Positions 30,064 through 40,196 of a stretch of DNA of 64,000 nucleotides are shown piece after piece (within the stretch, counting starts at the first letter, position 1; each line of letters begins with the position of its first letter). Under the pieces are notes generated by a model. That model was not told the origin of the DNA, ran no database searches, and saw nothing but the letters and a program-made list of their open reading frames with translations. Source of the DNA: Bacillota bacterium (GTDB taxonomy: Bacteria; Bacillota; Clostridia; Ch29); assembly GCA_040766775.1 (NCBI GenBank), contig JAXGPT010000006.1, positions 4,709 through 68,708 of the forward strand, in the 5' to 3' direction. The translations under genes and the position numbers were made by a program.

Positions 30064-30918
30064 TTGAAAAAAAGTAAGCCTATTCTGCTGTTTTTGCTGT
30101 TTCTTGTTATAGTCGGCCTCAACCTTATACCCGACGAGCCGGCCGTAGCTCCACTCGCAGCGGAGGAAATGCGGGTGCATTTTCTTGACGTCGGCCAGGG
30201 AGACAGCATCCTCATTGAGCTTCCCAACGGCCAAAGCATGCTGGTTGATGGCGGAACCCGTAGAGCAGGAGGCTTTGTTAAGGACTACATTAAATCCCTG
30301 GGTATAAACCACCTGGATTATGTTGTGGCCACTCATCCCCACGAGGACCACATAGGGGGACTTGTTGAAGTAATTGGAACCATTCCGGTGGGCAGTGTAT
30401 ACATGCCAAGGGTAGTGCATACCAGCCAGACCTTTGAAACTTTTATTCAAACTGTTGCGGATAAGGGACATCGGTTCCGGAGGGCAAGGGCAGGGTTGGT
30501 GATGATTGAGGACGGGGACCTAAAGGTTAACATGCTTGCCCCGGTGAGGGAAGACTACGAAGATTTGAACAACCATTCAGCGGTGGTGAAGCTGGAGTAC
30601 AAAGGTGTGAGTATACTACTTATGGGGGATGCGGAAGAGCTGTCTGAAAAGGAGATTGACTCAAGCCGGGTGAGTGCCCAGGTGCTGAAAGTGGGCCACC
30701 ACGGGTCAAATTCGTCCACTTCCGGGGAGTTCCTGGAAAACGTAAGCCCGGTGTACGCGGTCATAAGCTGCGGCAAGGATAACGACTACGGCCATCCCCA
30801 CCGGGAGACGCTGGATAGATTGGAAAGTGCCGGGGTTAAGGTGCTGAGGACCGACCTTTTGGGTACCATAATACTCACAACCGATGGCCGGGCGATCCAA
30901 TTTAGCGGCGACCGTTAG
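30064..30918 (+). CDS. ComEC-C-terminal-like MBL-fold hydrolase (membrane anchored)
   Basis: VHFLDVGQGDSILIE, THPHEDHIGGL, VGHHGS. Confidence 0.8.
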   Translation: MKKSKPILLFLLFLVIVGLNLIPDEPAVAPLAAEEMRVHFLDVGQGDSILIELPNGQSMLVDGGTRRAGGFVKDYIKSLGINHLDYVVATHPHEDHIGGLVEVIGTIPVGSVYMPRVVHTSQTFETFIQTVADKGHRFRRARAGLVMIEDGDLKVNMLAPVREDYEDLNNHSAVVKLEYKGVSILLMGDAEELSEKEIDSSRVSAQVLKVGHHGSNSSTSGEFLENVSPVYAVISCGKDNDYGHPHRETLDRLESAGVKVLRTDLLGTIILTTDGRAIQFSGDR

Positions 30919-30933
30919 AGGGGGAATTTACCT

Positions 30934-31149
30934 ATGAAAACCACCCTGGTAATCGATAGGATAGAGGAAGGATGGGCGGTACTGGAATACGGGAAGAAGG
31001 GGGAAACCTTCAACATACCCGCAGCCTTGCTGCCGGAAGGCGCCGGAGAGGGTGATGTCATTGGCCTTTGCATTTCGGTGAAAGAGGATGAAACCCTAAG
31101 GCGCAGGATAAGGCTGCAGAGATTCTTGGAGGATAATATGGACGATTGA
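30934..31149 (+). CDS. DUF3006-like small protein
   Basis: 71 aa. A conserved partner downstream of ComEC-like MBL genes, with the typical IDRIEEGWAVLE start. Confidence 0.6.
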   Translation: MKTTLVIDRIEEGWAVLEYGKKGETFNIPAALLPEGAGEGDVIGLCISVKEDETLRRRIRLQRFLEDNMDD

Positions 31150-31352
31150 TAGCTCGCCCCAAGGGCGGGCTATTATGATTCACACATTTTATTGTGGAGG
31201 AATAGTTTTATACTGCAAGCAGCTAAGGAAGAAAAGCTGAGGCACAAAGGAAGAACGGAGAGCTATCCTTCCCCCCTGGGGTAGCTCTCCCTTTTTCGGT
31301 TATTTTTCGCCTCCGAAGGAGAAAATATTATAAATAATAAGCGGGAGGTTTT

Positions 31353-31535
31353 ATGATGGATAACCGGCAAGACTTGGAGAACATAAGGGAACAGCTGGAA
31401 ACAATAAAAAGGAATAATATAAGCAGCATGGAGGGAATTGAGGCCATAAACCTTATCATGGTGGATAACAATAACTCAAGAGTCAAGGACGCCGGCTTGG
31501 CGGCCCAGGTTGCCCGACTCGGCGAAAATCAGTGA
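31353..31535 (+). CDS. Hypothetical 60-aa protein
   Basis: ORF with a GGGAGG RBS and a downstream hairpin. No family recognised. Confidence 0.3.
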   Translation: MMDNRQDLENIREQLETIKRNNISSMEGIEAINLIMVDNNNSRVKDAGLAAQVARLGENQ

Positions 31536-31600
31536 GATGTCGTTTGAGTTGCAAAAGGCCGAGGAAATGATAAAGAATAGGCAGTTCCGGTAGGGGCTGC

Positions 31601-31862
31601 CTATTTCATATATTTTTTTATTACCTCGGCCAGTTCGTTTATAATCTTTTTCGCTTTTGTCGCTTTGTATTGCGTCTTTGACGCATCCCTGCATATGGAT
31701 TCCAGTATCACGGCTCCAGGCTGTTCAAAGCGGACCTTGCCGCCGCAACCTGTATCAGTACGTCAACGCAGTATTTGTCCTGTTCAACCATATTCTGATG
31801 CCGCGTATCTGGCCTTCAATCCTGTTCAGCCTGGATATGACAGCATTTTTATCGGCTTTCAT
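31601..31862 (-). pseudogene. csoR: CsoR/RcnR-family metal-sensing repressor, frame-broken
   Basis: MKADKNAVISRLNRIEGQIRGI then shifted: EQDKYCVDVLIQV..., MQGCVKDAI..., AKKIINELAEVIKKYMK*. Confidence 0.75.
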
Positions 31863-32098
31863 ACCTGATTCCTTTCACTATGGGACAATGGGACAAGGGA
31901 CGTTTCTTTGTCCCATAATAGCCCTCCCTTGGAAGGTAATTATATAATTATTATACCCCATACAGACGGATAATCAATAAATAAGGAGATAGTGATGCTG
32001 GCGCTTTTGAACGGCTGAATGCAAATGGAGTCAATTCCAAAATTATTTCGGTTGCACTGAAGCATTTCTTATGCTATTATATTTTATGAACTCGATAC

Positions 32099-32186
32099 GC
32101 CGAAGTGGTGGAATTGGCAGACGCGCTAGATTCAGGGTCTAGTGGGCATCTCGCCCGTGCAGGTTCAAGTCCTGTCTTCGGCACCA
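32099..32186 (+). tRNA. tRNA-Leu (anticodon CAG), CCA encoded
   Basis: GCCGAAG...CTTCGGC acceptor stem, anticodon arm CTAGA-TTCAGGG-TCTAG, long variable arm, T-arm CAGG-TTCAAGT-CCTG. Confidence 0.9.
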
Positions 32187-32325
32187 TTTGGAACACGACG
32201 CAGCCTGTGAGGCGTGTCGTGTTTTTGTCTTATGTTGAATATACGGCAATTATATAATAGAATGTAACTGCAAAGCTTAATTAAGCCGGGTTTGCAGGAA
32301 GGCTGCAACCATCGGGAGTGTATAT

Positions 32326-32756
32326 TATGAGTGACAGAAAGGCCGTAGAGGCAAAGCTAGGCCAACAATTACAAGCTTACGCCGCAACGGATAGCAATCA
32401 TCGAAGCGTTGATTGAGCACAAGGGACGGTTTATAACGGCGCAGGAAGTTTTAACGCAAGCTAAGAAAAGACATGCCGGGACCGACTTTTCCACCGTCTA
32501 CCGGAACCTTGAGATTTTTGAAAAGGTAGGGATAATACACAAGACAAGTATTAAGGGCGGAGCGGCAGTATTTGAACTTATCTGTGATTACTCGCACCAC
32601 CATCACATAATATGCAAGGGATGCGGCAAAACCGAGATAATAAGCGGATGTCCCATAGAGCAGTTGTTAGAAAGCATTGAAGATACGAACTTCACTCTCA
32701 CCGACCACAAGCTGGAGCTTTATGGCTACTGCGACAAGTGCGGTACAAAGGGATGA
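32326..32756 (+). pseudogene. zur: Fur-family regulator (Zur-like by context), N-terminal frame break
   Basis: ...(T)PQRIAIIEALIEHKGRFITAQEV...FSTVYRNLEIFEKVGII...HHHHIICKGCGKTEII...GYCDKCG. The first approximately 25 codons are in another frame. Confidence 0.8.
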
Positions 32757-32772
32757 ACGGGAAATAGCTGCT

Positions 32773-33582
32773 TTACCGGTTGTTCGAAAGGGACTTAAAT
32801 CCCAGGACCAGCATTAGCAGAACAACCGACAGCAGCACTATGGTTCCCCCGGAGGCAAGCCCCAAGTAATACGAGAAAACTATTCCAAGTACCACTGATA
32901 TTTGCGCAAAAACAACCGACATTAGGACCGCATGCTTGAAGCTCTTTGCGGTTTGCATACCGGCGGCAACCGGTATCACCATGAGGGAGGACACCAGAAG
33001 GGCTCCCACTATTCTCATTGATAGTGTTATGGTCATGGCAACAAGTATCGTAAACAAAAGGTTGATTTTTTTTACCGGTATGCCGGCAATTCTTGCCCCC
33101 TCCTCGTCAAAGGCTATGTAAAACAATTCCCTGAAGTAAATGCTGACAAATAACAGGATAAAGGAACCAAGGGCAGCGATAAGCCCCATGTCACCCGGCC
33201 CCACCGTCAGGATGTTACCAAACAGGTAACCGAACAGGTCTATATTAATATACTTGGCGTAGCTGACCAGGATAACCGCTGTGCCTATTCCCGCGGAAAG
33301 TATCACCGCAATTGCCAGCTCTGCGTGTTCCGGGTATTTTTTGCCAAGCTGTTCAATTCCGAGGGCTGCCGCCACCGAAAAAGCAAGCGCCGCAACCGGC
33401 GGGTATACGCCCGACACAATGCCTGCTGCAACCCCCGCCAGGGCCACATGGGAAAGGCTATCCCCTATAAGCGACATTCTTCTTAATACAAGGAAAATAC
33501 CAATCAAAGGGCACAGCACCCCGACAATCATTCCTGCCGCAAGCGCTCTTCGCATAAACCCGTATTGAAAAAGCTCCATCAT
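32773..33582 (-). CDS. znuB: ABC-3 family metal (Zn/Mn) transporter permease
   Basis: FMRRALAAGMIVGVLCPLIGIFLVLRRMSLIGDSLSHVALAGVA. RBS GGGGGAG precedes the ATG at 33582. Confidence 0.85.
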   Translation of the reverse strand: MMELFQYGFMRRALAAGMIVGVLCPLIGIFLVLRRMSLIGDSLSHVALAGVAAGIVSGVYPPVAALAFSVAAALGIEQLGKKYPEHAELAIAVILSAGIGTAVILVSYAKYINIDLFGYLFGNILTVGPGDMGLIAALGSFILLFVSIYFRELFYIAFDEEGARIAGIPVKKINLLFTILVAMTITLSMRIVGALLVSSLMVIPVAAGMQTAKSFKHAVLMSVVFAQISVVLGIVFSYYLGLASGGTIVLLSVVLLMLVLGFKSLSNNR

Positions 33583-33711
33583 GCTTTTACTCCCCCCAAT
33601 CATAGGGACGGTTCTTTTGATTACCCAGGTAACAGGCTATAGGTGCCGATGCCGAGTTAGCGGGCGAGTTATCCCGGGCCATTCAGGCGTCCTGGCCGCT
33701 TAGGACCAAGG

Positions 33712-34458
33712 TTAGTGGTCGTGTATTATTGGGCTTGTCCAATCCCCGTAGGCTTTCTTTAATGCTTCGGATATTGTTTCGCCGGAGCTGTTTTGGTGGC
33801 AGATGAGTTTGCCATCCCCCATGCATACTATACGACTCACCTTTTGGGCAATCACCCCTATATCATGGGAAACCATCACTATGGTTATGCGCATTTTAAT
33901 GTTAAGTTTCTCCAGCAGGCAGTAAAACTCCCGCTGGGAATCCAAGTCTATACCCACCGTGGGCTCGTCCAGAAACAGAATCTCCGGCGAATTGACCAGG
34001 GTCCTCGCAATGAATACCCTCTGCTGCTGTCCGCCGGAAAGGTTTCCTATCAACCTTCCACCGTATTCTTCCATGTTGACATGCGACAGGGCCTCATAAA
34101 CCCTTTCCCGGTGCCTTTTAACCGAGGCGTCAAAAAATCCCTTACCGGAGTGTATGTTGCTTGGAAATTACCTCTTCAACGGTGGCAGGAAAACCCGATT
34201 GAAGAAGGATGCTTTCTGCCGCACGTATCCCACCCGTTCACCCCTGGCTGAACCTTTCAATGCTTTTGCCGAAAACTTCTATGCTTCCTTCGCGGGCTTT
34301 AGGATTCCAAGTATCGTTTCAGCAGGAGTGGATTTGCAGAACCGTTAGGCCCCACTATGCCCATATAATCGCCCCGGCAAATGTCCAGGTTTATATTTTC
34401 AAGTATCGGTTGGCTGCCGTATGCAAAGGATACGTTTTTCACGTTTATGAGTTTTCAT
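33712..34458 (-). pseudogene. znuC: Metal ABC transporter ATPase, N-terminal half frame-broken
   Basis: The C-terminal ORF has LSGGQQQRVFIARTL and ILFLDEPTVGID. The upstream part (VKNVSFAYGSQPILENINLDI..GIVGPNGS.KSTLLK) is recoverable only across frames. Confidence 0.8.
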
Positions 34459-34475
34459 ATTTAATCACCAAAAAC

Positions 34476-35367
34476 TTATCGCTTAAGGGTTTCAAGGTTT
34501 TGTTTCATTATGATTATATAGTCCATGCCCTCTTCCATTTGCTGCCGAGTGGTCACTATGGGATTTTAAAACCGGGTTTGCCCCCACTTCCCTCACTTGG
34601 CAAGCCTACTGCCAGCTTGGGACTGTGGCGTTTCGAAGAAAACATGGTCAATATTCGCTGTAACAGCTCCGCAAGCCGCACCAATTCCGCCGCCCCCGGT
34701 TCACTCCCGGGGTTCAGCGGATACCGGTATTTGAACGAGCCCGTACCTGTCTGCAAGGTATCCAAAGGCCGCATGGGATACCACAATTTCCTTGCCGTCC
34801 GACTTGTCCAGCGCTTCCCGGTATAGGCCAGGTAAGCTCTTTAAGTTTGTCAAAATCCAGGAAGTTGGCCCTGTAATACTCCGCATTGTCCCGGTCAACC
34901 TGTACCAGGGCGTTCAGAATGTTTTCCGCCTGCATACTTGTATGGCCAGGTCAAGCCATACATGGGGTCATGCCCGCGGGGCTGTACTTGTCCGTCCCAA
35001 CCTTCCATTTCAAGCAGAACAATTCCTCGGAAGCCTCTACAACCACCGGTTGCTGCCGGATAGGGAAGCCAGCATTCTATCCACCCCAGGGTTCCATGCC
35101 TACCCCGTTATAAATAAAAACATCCGCCCTTTCTATTTCAACCAGCATCGGGCGGTGGGCTCCCAGCCATGGGGCTCCGCCCCTGCCGGTACTGCCATCC
35201 ATGGAGTCAATCCTATCCCCGCCGAATTTCTTTGCAAAATCGTACATGGGATAAATACTGGCATACACAAGGGGCTTGCCCCGGTCTTCGGCAACCCTGG
35301 CCTGCCAGTTTGCTCTGTTTATGCATCCGGCTGTCATAATTGATACTGTAAGAAGCATTATACACAT
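34476..35367 (-). pseudogene. znuA: Metal ABC transporter substrate-binding lipoprotein, several frame breaks
   Basis: Lipobox MTAGC; KPLVYASIYPMYDFAKKFGGDRI; ADVFIYNGVGMEPW; C-terminal TTRQQMEEGMDYIIIMKQNLETLKR*. The pieces lie in three frames. Confidence 0.75.
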
Positions 35368-35467
35368 GGTCACTTCCGTTCCAGTCCTTTTCCCCCTAAT
35401 TTGATGCTGTATTAAGCATTTCACTGGCAATTACTATTATCCAAAAATTGTAACATTTATACATTTT

Positions 35468-35488
35468 AAATGCAAATCATTTGTAATT
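35468..35488. promoter_or_regulatory. Fur/Zur-box-like 10-1-10 palindrome at the znuA promoter
   Basis: AAATGCAAAT-C-ATTTGTAATT has 8 of 10 arm positions symmetric. It resembles the Bacillus Zur box AAATCGTAAT-N-ATTACGATTT and sits just downstream of a TATAAT on the minus strand. Confidence 0.5.
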
Positions 35489-35597
35489 ATAAAGGGCAAG
35501 GAAAAAGGCAGCAGGCTGTGCTGCTGCCCATAAACAAGAATACGGTGGGGATAATTTTCTGGGAGAGCACCGCCGATCCCCGCCCCAACAAAAATAA

Positions 35598-35712
35598 AAC
35601 CGCCAGTGCGAAGTAGTAAAGAATACTCCGGCAGCTGGCTGGCATGACGCTATTCGCGCTGGCCCCTAATGGCTTTGCGCCGCCATCTTTCGATAGTTTT
35701 TGCCTTTATCGG
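35598..35712 (-). ncRNA. c-di-GMP-I (GEMM-I) riboswitch candidate
   Basis: Minus strand reads GATAAAGGCAAAAACTATCGAAAGATGGCGGCGCAAAGCCATTAGGGGCC...GCCAGCCAGCTGCCGG. Compare Vc2: GGGCAAACCATTCGAAAGAGTGGGACGCAAAGCCTCCGGCC. Shared elements are GGCAAA, a GAAA tetraloop hairpin and CGCAAAGCC. An extended -10 (TGTTATAAT) lies upstream and T-runs/hairpins lie downstream. Confidence 0.6.
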
Positions 35713-35838
35713 ATTAACTATATTTTATTATAACAGTTAAAAAAATGCAATTTCATTGCGTATTAAGTAAAATATTAGCAGGTATTGAGGAAGATTTGTA
35801 GAATTATGCGATATGCGTTTTCTATTGGGGGATAGGGG

Positions 35839-38247
35839 ATGGATAAAAAAGACTTTATTCAAACGGAAATCGATTCTTGCCGAATGCGGTAATAGTCCAC
35901 CGGTTGGGGAAGATAGTTTTTGCCAATAGGATGGCTGCATCGCTGGCAGGCGCGGACAGTGTCGAAGCCTGATAGGCAGGCCCATTGAGGAGCTTTATTC
36001 CACAAACAGCGATGAAATAAAGAAAAAATAAGTTGCTGTTCAAAACAAAAGCAGCAGTATTCCAAGTGGGAACTTACAAGAATGGACGGTAAAACCATCC
36101 TGTGCGAGGTAGCGGCTACCGTTATAAAGTACCGGGGCAGGACCTCAATCCTTACCATAATTAGGGACGTTTCCGAACGCTATAGGATTGAAGGGGAACT
36201 CATACGCCAGAGGGGCTATTTTCAGCAATTGTTCGAGAATTCACCCGATGCAATAATAATGGTGGACAACAGCGACAGGATTATGGCAGCCAATCCAAGT
36301 TTCCTTGAATTTTTCGGGTACAGTGAGGACGAGGTGAAGGGGCGCCTGATTAACAGCCTGATTGTACCGCGGCACCTGGAAGAAGAGGCGGACAGTATTT
36401 CCAACACTGCCCTTAGTGGAAAGATAGCAAAAAAAGAGACGGTAAGGATGCGCAAGGACGGGAGCCTGGTGGAGGTTTCGATAGTTGGCTATCCTATTTT
36501 TTCGTAACAGGCGCAGGTAGGGATTTACGGCATATACAGTGATATATCCAAGCGAAAGCAGGCTGAAAGAGACCTGCATGAGAGCGAGGAACGGTACCGG
36601 AAGCTGATTGAGTACCGGAAGCGATACTGGTTCACGTGGAAGGAAAAGTGGTCTGGCCAACGAAGCGGCGGCGAAGCTTTTAGGCGCTCAGGGGCTGAAT
36701 ATTTACTGGGCATGGAATTCTTGATATAATGCCTGGACTACATGGAAATAACCAAGATAGTTGAGATGGTTTCCAGAAAACGGTAGATATACCCATGAGA
36801 GAGCAAAAGATAATACGGTGCGACGGCTCCTTTTTGGAAGTGGAAATGTCTGCAACATGGTTCAACTACAAGGGACAGGATGCGGTCACAAGCACCATAC
36901 AGGACATAACCGAGCGTAAAAAGGCTGAAGAGACCATAAACAAGCTTATATTATGATATTTTGACCGGGCTTCCCAACCGTGTACTGTTCAAGGACCGGT
37001 TTATGCTGGAGCTTGCCCATGCCCAGAGGAATAAGCAAATGCTGGCGGTCCTGTTTCTGACCTTGACCGGTTTAAGAATGTGAACGATTCCTAGGACACG
37101 GGATAGGCGATGACCTTATGAAGTTGCGTCAGGCTTAAGAACACCCGTAGAAAAGTTGACACCATTTCCCGTATAGGGGGAACGAATTTATCATACTGCT
37201 CCCGGAAGTATCAAAGGAAAGTAAAAGGTGATTACCAAAAAGATATTAAGCGCTCACAACAGCCCTTTTTGGTAAACGGTAACCTTTATACCTGACCACC
37301 AGTATAGGCGTGAGCACATATCCCAAGGATGGGGAAGACATGGACACGCTGATAAAGAATGCCGATGCGGCCATGTACAAGGCAAAGGATATGAGGGTAA
37401 CTGCGCATATTTACGTATTTGCCGAAAGCATAAACACCGAGGTGAGGAACGCATATTTATGATGAACGAGTTAAAGGATGCGCTGGCAAAGGACAAAACT
37501 TATACTGGAATACCAACCAAGGTTCAACCTGAAACGGGAAGGATAAACGGTGTTGAAGCGCTGCTGCGGTGGCATCATCCCCAAATGGGGCTTATACCCC
37601 CAACAGAGGTATACCATTGGCAGAGGAAACCGGTATGATTATTCCCATCGGGGAGTAGGTGCTGGAAACCGCCTGTGCCTTAAACAAGTCATGGCAGGAT
37701 GCAGGCCTTCCCCCGATCACATAGCGGTGAACATTTCGGCAAGGCAACCAATCAGTGGACTTACCAAACAGTAAACAGGGTCCTGTGCAATACAGGCGCA
37801 GCTAATAACCGGAAATACCTGGAACTGGAAATAACCGAAGATGCAATAAGGGCAATGTGGATATGTGTCTTGATACCATGGGCAGGAGTTGAAGGGAATT
37901 AGGGTATCCATATCCATGGATGACTTTGGCACCGGTTATTCCTACGCAAGGCCATCTCAGAGGATATAAGTATTCTTGAATCTGGCCAGTCCCTGTTCCG
38001 CGACCTAAACGGGTGCCATTCGGACAGGATAATAATTGGTTCGATAATTTCCATGGCTCACCAGTTGGGCATTGAAGTAACTGCTGAAGGGGTGGAGGAA
38101 AAGGAGCACCTGGATGCGCTGGAAAGGATGGAGTGCGACCATGTCCAGGCTATGTTTTCGGTAAACCTGCCGAGGGAAAGTATCGAAGAACTGTTAAAAA
38201 AACATGGCGATACTTCAAATGCTTTTCATAAGGAGGAAGAAAAATGA
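35839..38247 (+). pseudogene. Multi-PAS GGDEF-EAL c-di-GMP turnover protein, very heavily frame-broken
   Basis: PAS segments (36082-36507 intact); ILTGLPNRVLFKDRF; LDRFKNVNDSLGH, (I)GGDEFIILLPE and [15 protein letters not shown] recoverable across frames; EAL part VEALLRWHHPQMGLIPP, LELEITE, MAHQLGIEVTAEGVEEKEHLDAL. Confidence 0.8.
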
Positions 38248-38774
38248 TTTTATCCGACCATACTATCAGGCAGATGCTTGCTTCGGGTGCTCTTAGGGTT
38301 GAACCCATCGAGGACCAACAAATACAACCGGCTTCCATAGACTTAAGGCTTGGCCGGTTCTTTTTGAAGGTTGATGAAAACTGTACCGAGTGTATTACCA
38401 TGAGGGAGCAGTTAAAATATGTCCAGTTGGAGAGGGATGAAATAGTAATACCCCCTCAATCCTTTTTGCTGGCCACCACGATGGAGTACATAAAACTCCC
38501 CCGGGAGATAACCGGTTTTGTTGAGGGTAGAAGTTCCATAGGACGGATGGGGCTGTTTATACAAAACGCCGGCTGGGTGGACGCGGGCTTTGAAGGCGAA
38601 ATCACCCTTGAACTGTTTAATGCCAACAGGCTGCCCATAAGGCTTGAAGCGGGGCGCAGGATTTGCCAGATTGTCCTTGCCAGGATGGACAGGGAGGCAC
38701 AAAATCCCTACTGCGGGAAATACAGTATCAAGGAGCCGGTGGGCAGCAGGATTTACCTGAGCAAAGTCTTATAA
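38244..38774 (+). CDS. dcd: dCTP deaminase
   Basis: MILSDHTIRQML...IQPASIDLRLG...GFVEGRSSIGRMGLFIQNAGWVDAGFEGEITLEL. Confidence 0.9.
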   Translation: MILSDHTIRQMLASGALRVEPIEDQQIQPASIDLRLGRFFLKVDENCTECITMREQLKYVQLERDEIVIPPQSFLLATTMEYIKLPREITGFVEGRSSIGRMGLFIQNAGWVDAGFEGEITLELFNANRLPIRLEAGRRICQIVLARMDREAQNPYCGKYSIKEPVGSRIYLSKVL

Positions 38775-38811
38775 ACGGGCTTGACATAATGTAACAGGTG
38801 TGGTATCTTAT

Positions 38812-39092
38812 TTCTCTGAAACCGATGACAGGAAGTTAAACCACGGAGTCAGTCTCACAGAGAACCGGGAGCTGGGAACCCGGTAGGACAAGAGGTGGAC
38901 AAATGGGCCCCGGAGGGTAGGCGAACGGGCGATTGGCTTCAGTAGTTTCAACCTGGAAGCCAGCGTTAACGGGCTAGGGGTGTGATGGCGGCACCCTGCA
39001 AGAGTGAATGCACGATATTTCTGGAGTGCATTAATAAAGGTAGCACCGCAAACTTCAACACCTGTCCTTGGTTTAGGACAGGTGTTTTTTGT
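38812..39092 (+). promoter_or_regulatory. T-box leader (tRNA-sensing riboswitch) with terminator
   Basis: TTGACA-17-TATCTT promoter at 38781-38809. Stem I elements CCGATGACAGGAAG and CAGAGAACCGGGAGCTGGGAACCCGG. AGTAG...GCGTTAAC (F-box-like). T-box AAAGGTAGCACCGCAAAC at 39036-39053. Terminator AACACCTGTCC/GGACAGGTGTT followed by TTTTTT. Confidence 0.75.
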
Positions 39093-39183
39093 TTTAATAA
39101 ATGAAGCCGCCAGTAAAATGCCGGATGATTCATACTTGCGGGAAAGGCCTTAAACCAAAGTCGCCATCGAGGAGGAAATCATA

Positions 39184-40178
39184 ATGAAAAGAGATCAAGG
39201 TTTCGATTGCCCTGACCGGCTTGGCGGCCGTATTGTTTCTGCTTACGGCATTTCAGGCAGCAAAGCCGAGGTGGTACCGGCAGTCTGCGGCAGGGAGATT
39301 GCGATAAGGTCAGCATTGTCAGATTGTGGAGCATCCATCATAATACCATTAGGAGTCCTTTGTCAGGGGACTAGAAAAAAGAGGCTTTTCAGGCGGCGGC
39401 AACCTGGTTATTGACTACCAGAACGCCCAAGGGGACCCAGGCAAACCTAAAGACCATATGCAGGAAATTTTCAAGCCGCCGGTATGACCTTATTGTTGCT
39501 ATTGCAGCTCCGCCGTCGGCCTGAGCTGCGGTGAGCGAGACTTCAAAAATGCCGTTCTGTTCTCTGCATGTACCGACCCTGTAGGGTCAGGCCTGGTTGA
39601 CGACGCGGAAAGGCCCGGTAAAAACGTAACCGGTACATCCGATGCGGTATCGGCACAACGGGTTATGGAGCTGGCAAAACGAACCCGCTCCCGGCATCAG
39701 CAGCGTGGGTGTCCTTTACAGTTCGGGCGAAACCAGTTGCCGCCGTTGTTGAAGACTTAAGAAACCGATTATACCACCGGAATGACTTTGGTGGAAGCTA
39801 CCGTAACCAATTCTTCCGAGGTAAAACGGAGGCAGCGCAATTCTGCGGAAGGTAGACGCAATTTTCCTGCCTGAACAATACAATGGCGTCGGCCATGCCG
39901 GCGGTTGCGCAAGTGGCTGTTGAGGCGAGGTTCCCCATATATGCCGGGGCCAAATTAAAAGCTGGTCAAAGACGGGGAGCTTGCCGCGTGCAGGATAAAC
40001 TATGAAGCCCTTGAAGAAACCGCGGTTGTAGCCTTTAGATAGCAATAGCAGAACAGGATATCGGTAAGGTCTATAAATGACATGGATATTTATTTGAACC
40101 TGGCTACGGCGAGGCATTGGGGATAACGCACCCGAAGACATAATGATGAAGCGGTTGAAATTTATTGGACACTATTAG
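39184..40178 (+). pseudogene. ABC transporter substrate-binding protein (COG2984/ABC_sub_bind type), many frame breaks
   Basis: Across frames: YDLIVAIA.P, GVLYSSGE, EVKQ..AILR/KVDAIF.P..YN, ARFPIYAG, PEDIM. Collinear with the family but never more than about 40 codons in one frame. Confidence 0.65.
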
Positions 40179-40196
40179 TTTTGGGGGATGAATACT

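Noticed and set aside
35486-35530. A 14-codon ORF (MGSSTACCLFPCPL) on the minus strand downstream of the riboswitch.
   Set aside because: It lies entirely within the GGCAGCAG/CTGCTGCC terminator hairpin and has no RBS.
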